Of a stretch of 64,000 bases of DNA, positions 29,220 to 40,477 are shown in pieces. The notes below the pieces were generated by a model. That model was not told the origin of the DNA, did no database searches, and worked only from the letters and a program-made list of their open reading frames with translations. This stretch comes from an uncultured Planctomycetota bacterium. GTDB taxonomy: Bacteria; Planctomycetota; Planctomycetia; Isosphaerales; Isosphaeraceae. Where the stretch lies: NCBI GenBank assembly GCA_963737655.1, contig CAVTTN010000002.1:192001-256000 (forward strand). Reading direction: 5' to 3'. The first letter of the stretch is position 1; each line of letters begins with the position of its first letter. Both the position numbers and the translations under genes were made by a program.

Positions 29220-32200
29220 TCACTTCTTCGCCAGGGCCGTCAGCGTCGGGCCGCTCTGGAGGGCCACGCGGAACCCGGTCTTGCGGGCGAACGTCCCCTT
29301 GGGCACGAGGGTCTCCGTGTTCGTGCCGGGGTCGAACGAGGCCGAGACGAGCTGGAGGACCTTGTCGTCCTTCGTGCCGAACTTGCGGTCGCGGCCGGCG
29401 GTCGTCACGCGGAACCGCGACGCCGAGGGCGCCGCCGAGGCCGTCATCGCCCCGGAGAACGTCAGGACCAGGCGGACGTGCCCCTTTCGGTTGAAGATCG
29501 CCTGGGCCGAGACGATCGACGGCGAGGCCACCGGAGTCGAAGCGGCCGGTGTGCCGGTCGGGGTCGTCGTCGGCGGCGTCTGCGGCTGAGGCCCGGCCGG
29601 AGTGGTGGGGGTCGTGACCGGGGGCGTCGTCACCGGGGGAGTCGTCACCGGAGGCGTGGTGACCGGGGGCGTCGTCACCGGCGCGGCGGCGATCGTGGCC
29701 GTGCCGGTCGCCGAGGTGACCACGGCGTAGCCATTCATGAGCGTCACGACGTCGTGATACGTCCCCGCGTTCGCATAGGTATGCGACGCCGAGACGACCA
29801 GCCGGCCGCTCTCGGCGGTGATCGTCCCGGTCGAGGCCGTGCCGTCTCCCCAGTCGATGCTGGCGACGTAGGACGAGGGGATCGTCAGCGAGACCCCGCC
29901 GAACGAGGCGATCGTCGTCGAGATCGCCTGGCCGGCGACGCCCGAGAGCGCCTGGGCCAGCGGAGAGAGCGGACCCGGGGCGACCGTCACGCCGGTGGAG
30001 GCCGTCGCCGGGGCCGAGCCCACGGTGTCGGTGATCGAGACCGTCACCGTCGGGCTGCCCGGGGCCAGGAACTGATGGGTCCCCCAGACCGTGAAGCCGC
30101 CCGAGCCGTCGGAGACGAGCTGGCCGGCCGAGGTCGGCGAGCCGTCGCCCCAATCGATGGTCGCCGCGAAATCGCCGATCGGCAAGCTCGCCGAACCGGT
30201 GTTGAAGACCGCCACCAGGTTCTTCGCGGTGGCCCCGGCCGTCGTCGCGAAGGACGTTCCGGACGCCTGGATCGTCGGCGCCGTCACGGTGGCGGTCGTC
30301 GTGCTGGTCGTCGAGGAAATGACCTGCCCGGCCGGGCCCGTCTGGGAGATCGTCGTCGTGACGGTGAACGTGCCCGAAACGTCGTAGGTGTGCGGGGCCG
30401 TCACGGTGAAGTCGCCCGAGCCGTCGGACGTGACCTGACCCGTGGAGACCGGCGAGCCATCGCCCCAATCCACGGTGGCCGTGAAGTCGGACGCCGAGGC
30501 CGACGGGTCGCCCGAGGTGAACGAGGCCACGGTCGTCGAGGACGCCGCCCAGGTCGTCACGCCCGGTGGGCTTCCCGAGGCGATGATCGGCGGGCTCGCC
30601 ACGGTGGCGATGCCGTCGATCGAGGAGGTCATCGGGGGCGTCGCGGTCGTGCTGATCGACACGGTCGTCAGGAAGCTGCCCGTCGACCCGTAACGATGGT
30701 CGCCGACGACCTGGAACGTGCCGGGATTGGTCGGGGACGGCGTGATCGTCCCGGTCGAGGTCGAGCCGTCTCCCCAGGTGATCGCGGCCGAGAAGTCGCC
30801 GGCCGAGGCCGAGGGGCTGCCGGCCTGGAACGTGGCGAGGACGCCCGAGTAATCGACGTCGGCCGTCGCGGACACGCCGAAGCCCGTCACCGAGAGGATC
30901 GCCGGCGACGCCGAGACGACGGCCGGGGTCGTCGCGGTGACGCTCTGGGCGAGGTGCTGGAGGGTCACCGTGATGGTGAACGATCCGGTCGTCGCGTAAA
31001 CATGATTTCCGCCGTCCACGATGGCCGGGTCGATCGACGAGGCCGAGGGCGTCACGACCAGGCCGGCGGTCTGGGTGCCGTCGCCCCAGTTGATGGTGGC
31101 GGAGTACGAGCCGGCGTCGAAGAAGGGATCGTGGAACGTCGCGACCGGCTCACTGGGCGAGGCCACCCCGGCCTGGGCCGTGAAGGTCGTCCCCGTGATG
31201 GTGATCGGGGCGTCGTAGAAGCTCGCCAGGCCGAACGTCGAGGCGTTCGCGCCGATCGCCGAATGGTCCTTGGTGTCGAGGACGGTGACCGTCATGAAGC
31301 GGTCGCCGGCCGGGTACGAATAGCCGTTCTTCGGGGCCAGGACGAGGAACCCGCCGTTGCCGTCGGACTGGACGGTCCCGTTCATCGGCAGGAGGTCGTT
31401 GAGATCGACCCGGGCGGCGAAATCCGAGGCGGAGGCGGACGGGTCGGGCGAGGTGAACGACGCCACGACGACATCCGACGTGATCTGCCCTTCCATCGCG
31501 CGGAACGATCGCGGGGCCACGACGAGGCCGGGGTCGGCCAGGGTGGTGCTCACGTGGGACAGCACCCGCTGGGCCTGGTTCACGAGATAAAACCCGCTGC
31601 CGCCGTCGGACGAAATCGCCGCCGGGCCGGCCGAAGGTTGCGGGACGGGGTAGCTGGTGATGATCTCGTTCGCATCGACCTGGCCGATCGCGTCCTTGGC
31701 CAGGTCGGCGAACCAGACCGAGCCGTTGGCGCCGGCGGCGAGGTCGTCGGCGCTGGTGTTGTCGCCCAGGGAGACGCTGGAACTCGTGCCGTCGGCGGCG
31801 ATCCGGCCGATCGAGGCCGCGCCCTCGATCCCCCTGGCCGAGAACCAGACCGAGCCGTCGGTCGCCACGGCCATCTTCATCGGATCGACGCTCACGGGCG
31901 TGTCGATGATGCCCCCGCTCGTGGTGATCTGACCGACGATGCTGGCGCCGGTCTCGGCGAACCAGAGGTGGCCGTTGGGGCCGGAGACGATCCCTCCGGG
32001 CGTCTCGCCGTGGGCGGGCAGGGGGAACATCGTGGACGCGGCCGAGTTCAGGTTGACCTGGAGGATCGAGCCGCCGGGCGTGCCGTCGGGGAACGAGAAG
32101 GCGTCCGGGACCGTGCCCCAGAGGTTGCCGTCGGGGCCGACGGTGAGGCTCGTCGGCGCGTGGGCGACGGCGATCGACCGGATCTCCGCGCCCGAGGCGT

Positions 32201-32543
32201 CGAACAGGCTGACCTGCCCGGAGCCGTCGCTCGCGGCGGTCGAGATCCACATCTGACCGTTCGAGCCCCAGGTCAGCGCCTCGAACGTCTCGCCGGCCGG
32301 GATGGCGGGGATCGAGCTGGAATGGCCCTGCGAATCGATCCGCATGACCCCTCCGGAACCGCCGATCCAAGCCGAGCCGTCGGTGGCCGTGGCCACGACC
32401 GCGTTGGCCGCCCCCGGCGGGGGCAGAGTGGCCAGGATGTCAAACCCAACGGCCATCAGCCGACGAGGCTCCAGCGCCTCGGGTCGAGCCAGGGCAAAGG
32501 CCCTGGGTCGAGTCGCGGAACGATCGCGCAAGCGAATTCGCAT
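29220..32543 (-). CDS. Large extracellular protein: LEPRxLL motif, Vgb/NHL-like beta-propeller, PKD-like repeats, Pro/Thr linker
   Basis: EALEPRRLMA; GPDGNLW and GPNGHLWFAE blades; five (A/S)x(I/V)xWGDG repeats; (PPVTT)n linker. Confidence 0.88.
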   Translation of the reverse strand: MRIRLRDRSATRPRAFALARPEALEPRRLMAVGFDILATLPPPGAANAVVATATDGSAWIGGSGGVMRIDSQGHSSSIPAIPAGETFEALTWGSNGQMWISTAASDGSGQVSLFDASGAEIRSIAVAHAPTSLTVGPDGNLWGTVPDAFSFPDGTPGGSILQVNLNSAASTMFPLPAHGETPGGIVSGPNGHLWFAETGASIVGQITTSGGIIDTPVSVDPMKMAVATDGSVWFSARGIEGAASIGRIAADGTSSSVSLGDNTSADDLAAGANGSVWFADLAKDAIGQVDANEIITSYPVPQPSAGPAAISSDGGSGFYLVNQAQRVLSHVSTTLADPGLVVAPRSFRAMEGQITSDVVVASFTSPDPSASASDFAARVDLNDLLPMNGTVQSDGNGGFLVLAPKNGYSYPAGDRFMTVTVLDTKDHSAIGANASTFGLASFYDAPITITGTTFTAQAGVASPSEPVATFHDPFFDAGSYSATINWGDGTQTAGLVVTPSASSIDPAIVDGGNHVYATTGSFTITVTLQHLAQSVTATTPAVVSASPAILSVTGFGVSATADVDYSGVLATFQAGSPSASAGDFSAAITWGDGSTSTGTITPSPTNPGTFQVVGDHRYGSTGSFLTTVSISTTATPPMTSSIDGIATVASPPIIASGSPPGVTTWAASSTTVASFTSGDPSASASDFTATVDWGDGSPVSTGQVTSDGSGDFTVTAPHTYDVSGTFTVTTTISQTGPAGQVISSTTSTTTATVTAPTIQASGTSFATTAGATAKNLVAVFNTGSASLPIGDFAATIDWGDGSPTSAGQLVSDGSGGFTVWGTHQFLAPGSPTVTVSITDTVGSAPATASTGVTVAPGPLSPLAQALSGVAGQAISTTIASFGGVSLTIPSSYVASIDWGDGTASTGTITAESGRLVVSASHTYANAGTYHDVVTLMNGYAVVTSATGTATIAAAPVTTPPVTTPPVTTPPVTTPPVTTPTTPAGPQPQTPPTTTPTGTPAASTPVASPSIVSAQAIFNRKGHVRLVLTFSGAMTASAAPSASRFRVTTAGRDRKFGTKDDKVLQLVSASFDPGTNTETLVPKGTFARKTGFRVALQSGPTLTALAKK

Positions 32544-32720
32544 GGGGACGCCCTCCCTGGCGGTGAATCAAGATCCCGGCATCCATGCCCATCCCCGGCC
32601 GATTCATGGCCGACGGACGAAGCGACCGGATCATACAACAAACCGAAGGCGCCCTGTCAAGTCCCTGGTGGAAAACGCCGGGGCACTTCCCCCTCGGCGG
32701 AAGATTCTTCGGAATGGCTT

Positions 32721-32846
32721 GGGGATACAGGGGTTCCGTCCTCGGAACCAGTGCGTCGTCCCTCACGGGTTCCGAGGCCGGAACCCGTGCCACCCGAAAG
32801 GCATCCGGCCGAAACCCCTCGTCGGGTGGCCCGGGTTCAAGAACCG
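32721..32846. repeat. Degenerate GGGTGG-family REP cluster
   Basis: CACGGGTTCCGAGGCCGGAACCCGTGCCACCC (32764-32795) flanked by decayed inverted copies at ~32721-32753 and ~32824-32846. Confidence 0.65.
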
Positions 32847-32983
32847 GTTTCACCCCGATCGTAGCGCGCCCGAACCCCTATTGCTCGAGCCCCGAGAAAC
32901 TCCGGAGCGAAGCGCGAGAAGGCCGGGCCCCGCCGCGTCTGGCGCCAGGGCCCGGCCTTCGGGTTTCGCGAGCGAGGCCGCGA

Positions 32984-35170
<2,187 letters not shown>

Positions 35171-35503
35171 GATGAGGACGGCTCCCTGAGATGTGCGAAG
35201 GGCATGGAGAGGCGCGATCGGAACCTCATTCCACGGTCGGACGGGTCTCGGACGGGCGCGCCGAAGCCGGCGAGAGGCCGGGCTGTCGGGCGGGAGCGGG
35301 GCGGGCCGACGGCGGAACGAAACTTGCGGATCGTCTCCTCGACTCCGATCGGCGAATCGCACGCCCGATCGCCGGGGGAGAGGAACCGGCGGGACGGTCG
35401 TCGCGTCGAGGGGGGCCGAACCCGGACCAATCCGCCGCCGAAAGATCGGCGGAGGCGGGCCGTCCCCCGTCCAGACTCGCTCGGGCAAAAGTATAGCGGG
35501 GCG

Positions 35504-35518
35504 GCACGCAACATGCCA
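35504..35518 (-). promoter_or_regulatory. Candidate sigma54 (-24/-12) promoter upstream of glnA
   Basis: Minus strand TGGCATGTTGCGTGC has exact GG-N10-GC spacing. Confidence 0.5.
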
Positions 35519-35613
35519 GAGCCCGAGCGACGCGTTGTCGGGCGCGGGCAGGGGGTCCATAATGGAACATCCCCCACCGTCCGCCCCTCCGATGCCCCGC
35601 CTTCGGGACCTCC

Positions 35614-36933
35614 ATGCCAGACGCCTCGACGCTTCAGACCCCTCCCTCGGCCCCCGTCCGCTCCCGGACCTTCGCCGTTCTGGTCGATAATGCCGATTAT
35701 CGCAAGTTCTATCTGGGCCAGGGGATCAGCCTGATCGGCACCTGGCTCCAGGATGCCGCCGTGAGCTGGATCGTCTACGACATGACCCGGTCGGAGACGA
35801 TGCTCGGCCTGGTGAGCGCCGCCGGGACGCTCCCGGGCCTGGCCGTGGGGCTGGTGGCCGGGGCGTTGGCCGATCGCGTGGCGCCGAAGGTCATGATCCT
35901 GGGGATGCAGGTCGGCCAGATGATCTGCGCCCTCGTCCTGGCCTGGCTGATCTGGCTGGACGTGATCCGGATCTGGCAGATGGCGCTGATCCTCGCGCTG
36001 ACGAGGGTCTGCGTGACGTTCGAGATGCCGAGCCGGCAGGTGTTTTTGTATGACCTCGTGGGCAAGGGGTCGCTCATGAACGCCATCGCCCTGAATTCCG
36101 GGCTGTTCAACGCCTCGAAGGTGGTCGGGCCGGCGCTGGCGGGGCAGTGCCTGGCCCTCCTTGGGCGGACCGCCTGCTTCGTCTTGAACGGGCTGAGCTA
36201 CCTCGCGGCGATCGCGGCCCTCCTGCTGATCCGGCGGCCCCATCGGCCGATCCCGAAGGAACGGGCCGAGGCCGGCGGCCTGCTCGGCGGCCTGGCCTAC
36301 CTGGGGAGAGATCGCCACGTCCGGGCCCTGTTCGTCTCCCTGACGTTTTTCGGGGTGATCGGGATGGGCTACTCGGCCCTGATCCCGGCCTATGCCCGCA
36401 ATGTGGTGGAGACGGGGACGTATGGCTACAGCGTCCTCCTGGCCAGCGGAGGGCTGGGGGCGACTCTCGGGGCGTTGGCGCTGGCATCCCTGGGAGGGTT
36501 CCGCCGTCGCGATCGGCTGGTCTCGGGCGGGATGGCCCTGTTCGGCGTGGCCCTGGCGGTCAGTGGGTTCTTGCCGTCGTGGCTGATCCGCGAAGGCCAC
36601 GGCTGGGCCGCGTTGCCCGCCGGGTCGATCGGCCTGTTCCTGGCCGGGTTCGGTGCGCTGGTGTTCTACGCGGCCACTCAGACCATGATCCAGATCAGCG
36701 TGCCGGACGGCCTCCGGGGGCGGGTGATGGGGGTCTGGATGATCGCGTTCTCGGGTTCGGTGCCGGTCGGGTCGCTCTGGGCCGGATCGCTCGCCGATCA
36801 CGTCGGGGTGGCGGCCGTGATGCTGGTGTCCTCGGTCCTCTGCCTGGTCGCCGCCGGGTTCTTGATCGCGACCGGGGCCCTGCGGCACTCGCCGGCCGCC
36901 CCGGAATCGCCCGCGATCAGAGCAGGTTCGTGA
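35614..36933 (+). CDS. MFS transporter (MFS_3/H+ antiporter-like)
   Basis: [50 protein letters not shown]; about 12 TM helices. Confidence 0.92.
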   Translation: MPDASTLQTPPSAPVRSRTFAVLVDNADYRKFYLGQGISLIGTWLQDAAVSWIVYDMTRSETMLGLVSAAGTLPGLAVGLVAGALADRVAPKVMILGMQVGQMICALVLAWLIWLDVIRIWQMALILALTRVCVTFEMPSRQVFLYDLVGKGSLMNAIALNSGLFNASKVVGPALAGQCLALLGRTACFVLNGLSYLAAIAALLLIRRPHRPIPKERAEAGGLLGGLAYLGRDRHVRALFVSLTFFGVIGMGYSALIPAYARNVVETGTYGYSVLLASGGLGATLGALALASLGGFRRRDRLVSGGMALFGVALAVSGFLPSWLIREGHGWAALPAGSIGLFLAGFGALVFYAATQTMIQISVPDGLRGRVMGVWMIAFSGSVPVGSLWAGSLADHVGVAAVMLVSSVLCLVAAGFLIATGALRHSPAAPESPAIRAGS

Positions 36934-38281
36934 GCAGGGACACGTAGACCATGATGAAGGCCAGGGCGATGAACATCACGACCCCGCCGATCACCAGGAA
37001 GATCAGCGGCTGGATCAGGCTGCCGAGGTTCTTGACCATGTATTCGACCTGCTCCTCGTACTCGTCGGCGAGCTTGTCGAGGGTCTCGGGCAGCTTGCCG
37101 GTCTCCTCGCCCGATTCGACGATGGCGATCACGTCCCGCGAGAACAGCCGGGCGCCGTGGAGCGAGTCGCTGAGCTCCAGGCCGTCCATCACCGCGTCCT
37201 TGGACCGGCGGACCGCCTTGCGGAACGGCTCCAGGCGGACGACCTGGGCGGTCAGGTCGAGCGACGAATGGAGATCGACGCCGGCTTCCAGCAGGGCCGA
37301 GAGCGTCCGGGCGAACCGGGCGGTGTCCATCTTGCGGAGCAGGCTGCCGACGACCGGGACGTGAATCCCGATCCCGTCGATCGCCGCCTTGCCCACCGGC
37401 CGCCGATACAGCCAGCCGAGGCCGACGATCGTCCCCACCAGGGCCGTCGGCAGGAGCCACCAGCCCATCCTCGCGATGAAGTGGTTGAACTCGATCAGGA
37501 TCTTGGTCGGCAAGGGCATCTCGAACGAGCGCCCTCGGGCCATGTCTTCCAGGATCGAGACCAGGACCGGCAGGATCTTGACCGTCAGCAGCATCCCGAC
37601 GCCGAAGGCGATGCCGATCACGGCGATCGGGTAAATCATCGCCGATCGGGCCTGGCGGATCAGGCGCTGGCGGGCCTCGTAGTGCCCGGCCATCATCTTC
37701 ATGGTCTCGGGGATGCCGCCCCGGGCCTCGGCCACTTCGAGCATGGCGACGAACAGCGAGTCGAACGCCTGGGGCTCGCGACGGGCGGCCTCGGCCAGCC
37801 CCTCGCCCCGGCGGACGGCCTGGCCCACCCTCTGGAGGACCGGCCCCAGCGCGGTCTTCTCGAACTGGACGCGCAGGCTCTCGATCGACCGGAGGAGGTC
37901 CACCCCGGCATCGAGATACGCGCCGAATTGGCGGCAGAACGTGGCCAGGTGGCCCGTGCTGACCCGGCCGAAGAGGATGCGCTCGAACAGGTTCGGCCCG
38001 CCGACGACGACCCGGGCCTTGGAGTCCAGCGGGGCGGTCCGCGACGTTTCGGCCCGGGGCTTCTTCTTCCTCGGCGCCGGGTTGGGCCGGAAGGTGCTGC
38101 CCTCGGGCTCGGTCAACTCGGGCTCGGTCGGCGGCGGCTCGGAGGCCGGCAGTCTCGGGCGAGACCGAGGCTGGGGCAGGGGGGCCCGGGGCGGGAGACT
38201 GGGCTCGGTCGCCTCGGGATCGACGGCCCGGGGCTTGGCCCGCCTCGGAGGGCGAGGTTCCGATTCCTCGGCTCGGCTCAT
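36917..38281 (-). CDS. Type II secretion system F / PilC family inner-membrane platform protein with Pro/Arg-rich N-terminal extension
   Basis: LATFCRQFGAYLDAGV, AMIYP, ARFARTLSALLEAGV, GEETGKLPETLDKLADEYE. Start uncertain. Confidence 0.9.
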   Translation of the reverse strand: MSRAEESEPRPPRRAKPRAVDPEATEPSLPPRAPLPQPRSRPRLPASEPPPTEPELTEPEGSTFRPNPAPRKKKPRAETSRTAPLDSKARVVVGGPNLFERILFGRVSTGHLATFCRQFGAYLDAGVDLLRSIESLRVQFEKTALGPVLQRVGQAVRRGEGLAEAARREPQAFDSLFVAMLEVAEARGGIPETMKMMAGHYEARQRLIRQARSAMIYPIAVIGIAFGVGMLLTVKILPVLVSILEDMARGRSFEMPLPTKILIEFNHFIARMGWWLLPTALVGTIVGLGWLYRRPVGKAAIDGIGIHVPVVGSLLRKMDTARFARTLSALLEAGVDLHSSLDLTAQVVRLEPFRKAVRRSKDAVMDGLELSDSLHGARLFSRDVIAIVESGEETGKLPETLDKLADEYEEQVEYMVKNLGSLIQPLIFLVIGGVVMFIALAFIMVYVSLLTNLL

Positions 38282-38699
38282 CGCGGGCCTTTCCGGAGGC
38301 GGAGGGTTGACCCGTCGCGAAGGGTCGGGGCGCCGGATCTCCTGTCCATTATCGCGATGGCGGCCCGTTCCGACAAGTTGGGGGATTCCGGGACCAGGGT
38401 CGATCGGTTGTTCAAGCGGGAACCTCCGACGCCCGCTCCCCCGAGGCGGGCGCGAGGGTGAGCTCCGCCTCAGCATGAAGAAACGATCGACCCTGGGAGG
38501 GTATCGCTCTGGAATCTGGAACTTCTGGGGTACCCCCGGTCCGAGAACCGGCGGCACCCGAAATAACCCCAGATTCGGGAGCGACACCCACCCTGGGACC
38601 GTTCCTGGCCTCTCTGGCAATCGGCCGTCGATCCTGCTGAAATGGCCGGCTCGCTCGACCTGGAGACCGCCCCGCTCTTCCGAAGAGGCCCCGTCGCCG

Positions 38700-39437
38700 A
38701 TGTCGCCGCTCGCCCTGATCGTGGCCTCGCTCGCCTTGCTGGCCCTCCCCGCCCTGGCGGGAGTGTCCCGGAAGACGCCTCCCGAGATCCGGGGCGAGAT
38801 CCGCCTGCTCTGGTGGCTCAATCAGCTCTACACCCGGGGCGTCCACCGTTTGGTGGTCGAGAACGAGGCCCCGTTGCCGGTCTCGGGCCCGGCCATTCTC
38901 GTTTCGAACCACACTTGCGGGATCGATCATCTGATCCTCCAGGCCGGCACCCGGCGATTGCTCGGGTTCATGATCGCCCAGGAATATTACGACCACCGGA
39001 TCTATCACCCGTTCTGCGTGAGGATCGGCTGCATCCCGGTCAAGAGGGACGGCCGCGATCAATCGGCCCTGCGGACGGGCCTCCGCGCCTTGAAATCCGG
39101 CCGGGTCCTGCCGATCTTCCCCGAAGGGCGGATCAACCCGCACTCGGGCCGGGATTTCCTCGAGCCCAAGCCCGGCGCCGCGTTCCTGGCGCTCCGGGCC
39201 GGAGTGCCCGTGATCCCCGCGTACATCCGGGGGACGCCCGCCACGAACAACATCATGAAGGCCCTGACCACCCCCTCCGACGCCCGGCTCGTCTTCGGGG
39301 AGCCGATCGACCTCTCCGACCTCGCCGCCTCCAAGGGCCACGACGACGAACGCGACCACCTGGAACGGGCCACCAATCGCCTGATGGACGCGATTCGAAG
39401 CCTGAGAGACCGGAGCCTCGCCCCCTCGACGGATTGA
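38700..39437 (+). CDS. plsC: 1-acyl-sn-glycerol-3-phosphate acyltransferase family protein
   Basis: SNHTCGID (NHxxxxD), IFPEG, GVPVIP motifs. Confidence 0.85.
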   Translation: MSPLALIVASLALLALPALAGVSRKTPPEIRGEIRLLWWLNQLYTRGVHRLVVENEAPLPVSGPAILVSNHTCGIDHLILQAGTRRLLGFMIAQEYYDHRIYHPFCVRIGCIPVKRDGRDQSALRTGLRALKSGRVLPIFPEGRINPHSGRDFLEPKPGAAFLALRAGVPVIPAYIRGTPATNNIMKALTTPSDARLVFGEPIDLSDLAASKGHDDERDHLERATNRLMDAIRSLRDRSLAPSTD

Positions 39438-39440
39438 CCC

Positions 39441-40440
39441 ATGAGCGACCCCCTCCGCCCGATCCTCGACCGCTACCCGGCCCCGCTCCGGCCGATCGGC
39501 CCGGTCGAATCGCTGGGAAGCGCCGGAGGGTTCAGCGGCTCGACGCTCTGGAGAATCCCGACAAACCTCGGCCCGCTCGCCCTGAAGCGATGGCCCGGCG
39601 ACGGCCCTTGTTCCGGGGATTTGTTAACGATCCACCGATGGCTCGCCCAGGCCCGGACCCTGGATTTCGTGCCCATTCCGCTGGCGGGATTGGACGGACA
39701 AACCGTCCAGGAAGCGGGCGGATCGCTCTGGGACCTCTCGCCGTGGATGCCGGGCTCGGCCGTCGTGGATTCGCCGACTTCGGAGGTCATCCGGGCCTCG
39801 TTTTCCGGGTTGGCGAGGTTCCACGAATGTCTTCGAGGACACTCGGAGACGGGCCCGAGCCGGGATTGCTCGCCCGTCTGAAGGAGCTTCGAGGCTGGCT
39901 CTCGGACGATTTCGCCACCATCGAACAGGCCATCTCCCGGGCCGATCCCGGGACGGTTCGCGATCTCGCCGAGGCCTGGTGGATCGAGGCCCGCCGCCGG
40001 GCTCCCGGCTCCTGCCCGAGCTGGTCGAATCGGCCCGATCCAGTCTTCCCCTCCAACCCTGCCTCCGAGACGCCCGGCCCGACCATTTCCTTTTCGTCGG
40101 CGATCACCTCTCGGGGCTCGTCGATTTCGGCGCGATGGGGATCGAAACCGTCTCGGCCGACCTCGCCCGGCTCCTCACCGAGTGGATCGGCGACGATCCC
40201 GACCTCCGCGCCGAGGCGCTGGGCGCCTATCGCGAAATCCGCCCTCTGTCCGACGAGGAATCGAGGACGATCGAGGCGTTCGAACGCTCGACGGCCCTCC
40301 TCGGAGGAGGCCACTGGATTCCATGGCTCCTGATCGAGCGCCGGACGTTCCGCGACCCCTCGGCGGCCGTTTCGAGGATGAGGAGGGCCGTCGAACGATT
40401 GACGACGACTCGCTTGCCAGGTATCAAGATCCTTCGGTAG
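39441..40440 (+). CDS. APH/type II homoserine kinase-like phosphotransferase; two apparent -1 frameshifts (~39860, ~40005)
   Basis: GGFSGSTLWR, LALKRW, LARFH, QPCLRDARPDHFLF, GLVDFG, DLARLL spread over three frames. Confidence 0.75.
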
Positions 40441-40477
40441 GAGTGCGAGGGCGATTCGGCCCGGCGAGGAGGTCTCC

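Noticed and set aside
29611..29681. 15 bp tandem repeat; similar 33 bp repeat at ~5140-5210
   Set aside because: They encode ordinary Pro/Thr and Pro/Ala linkers with synonymous variation, so they are protein-level repeats.
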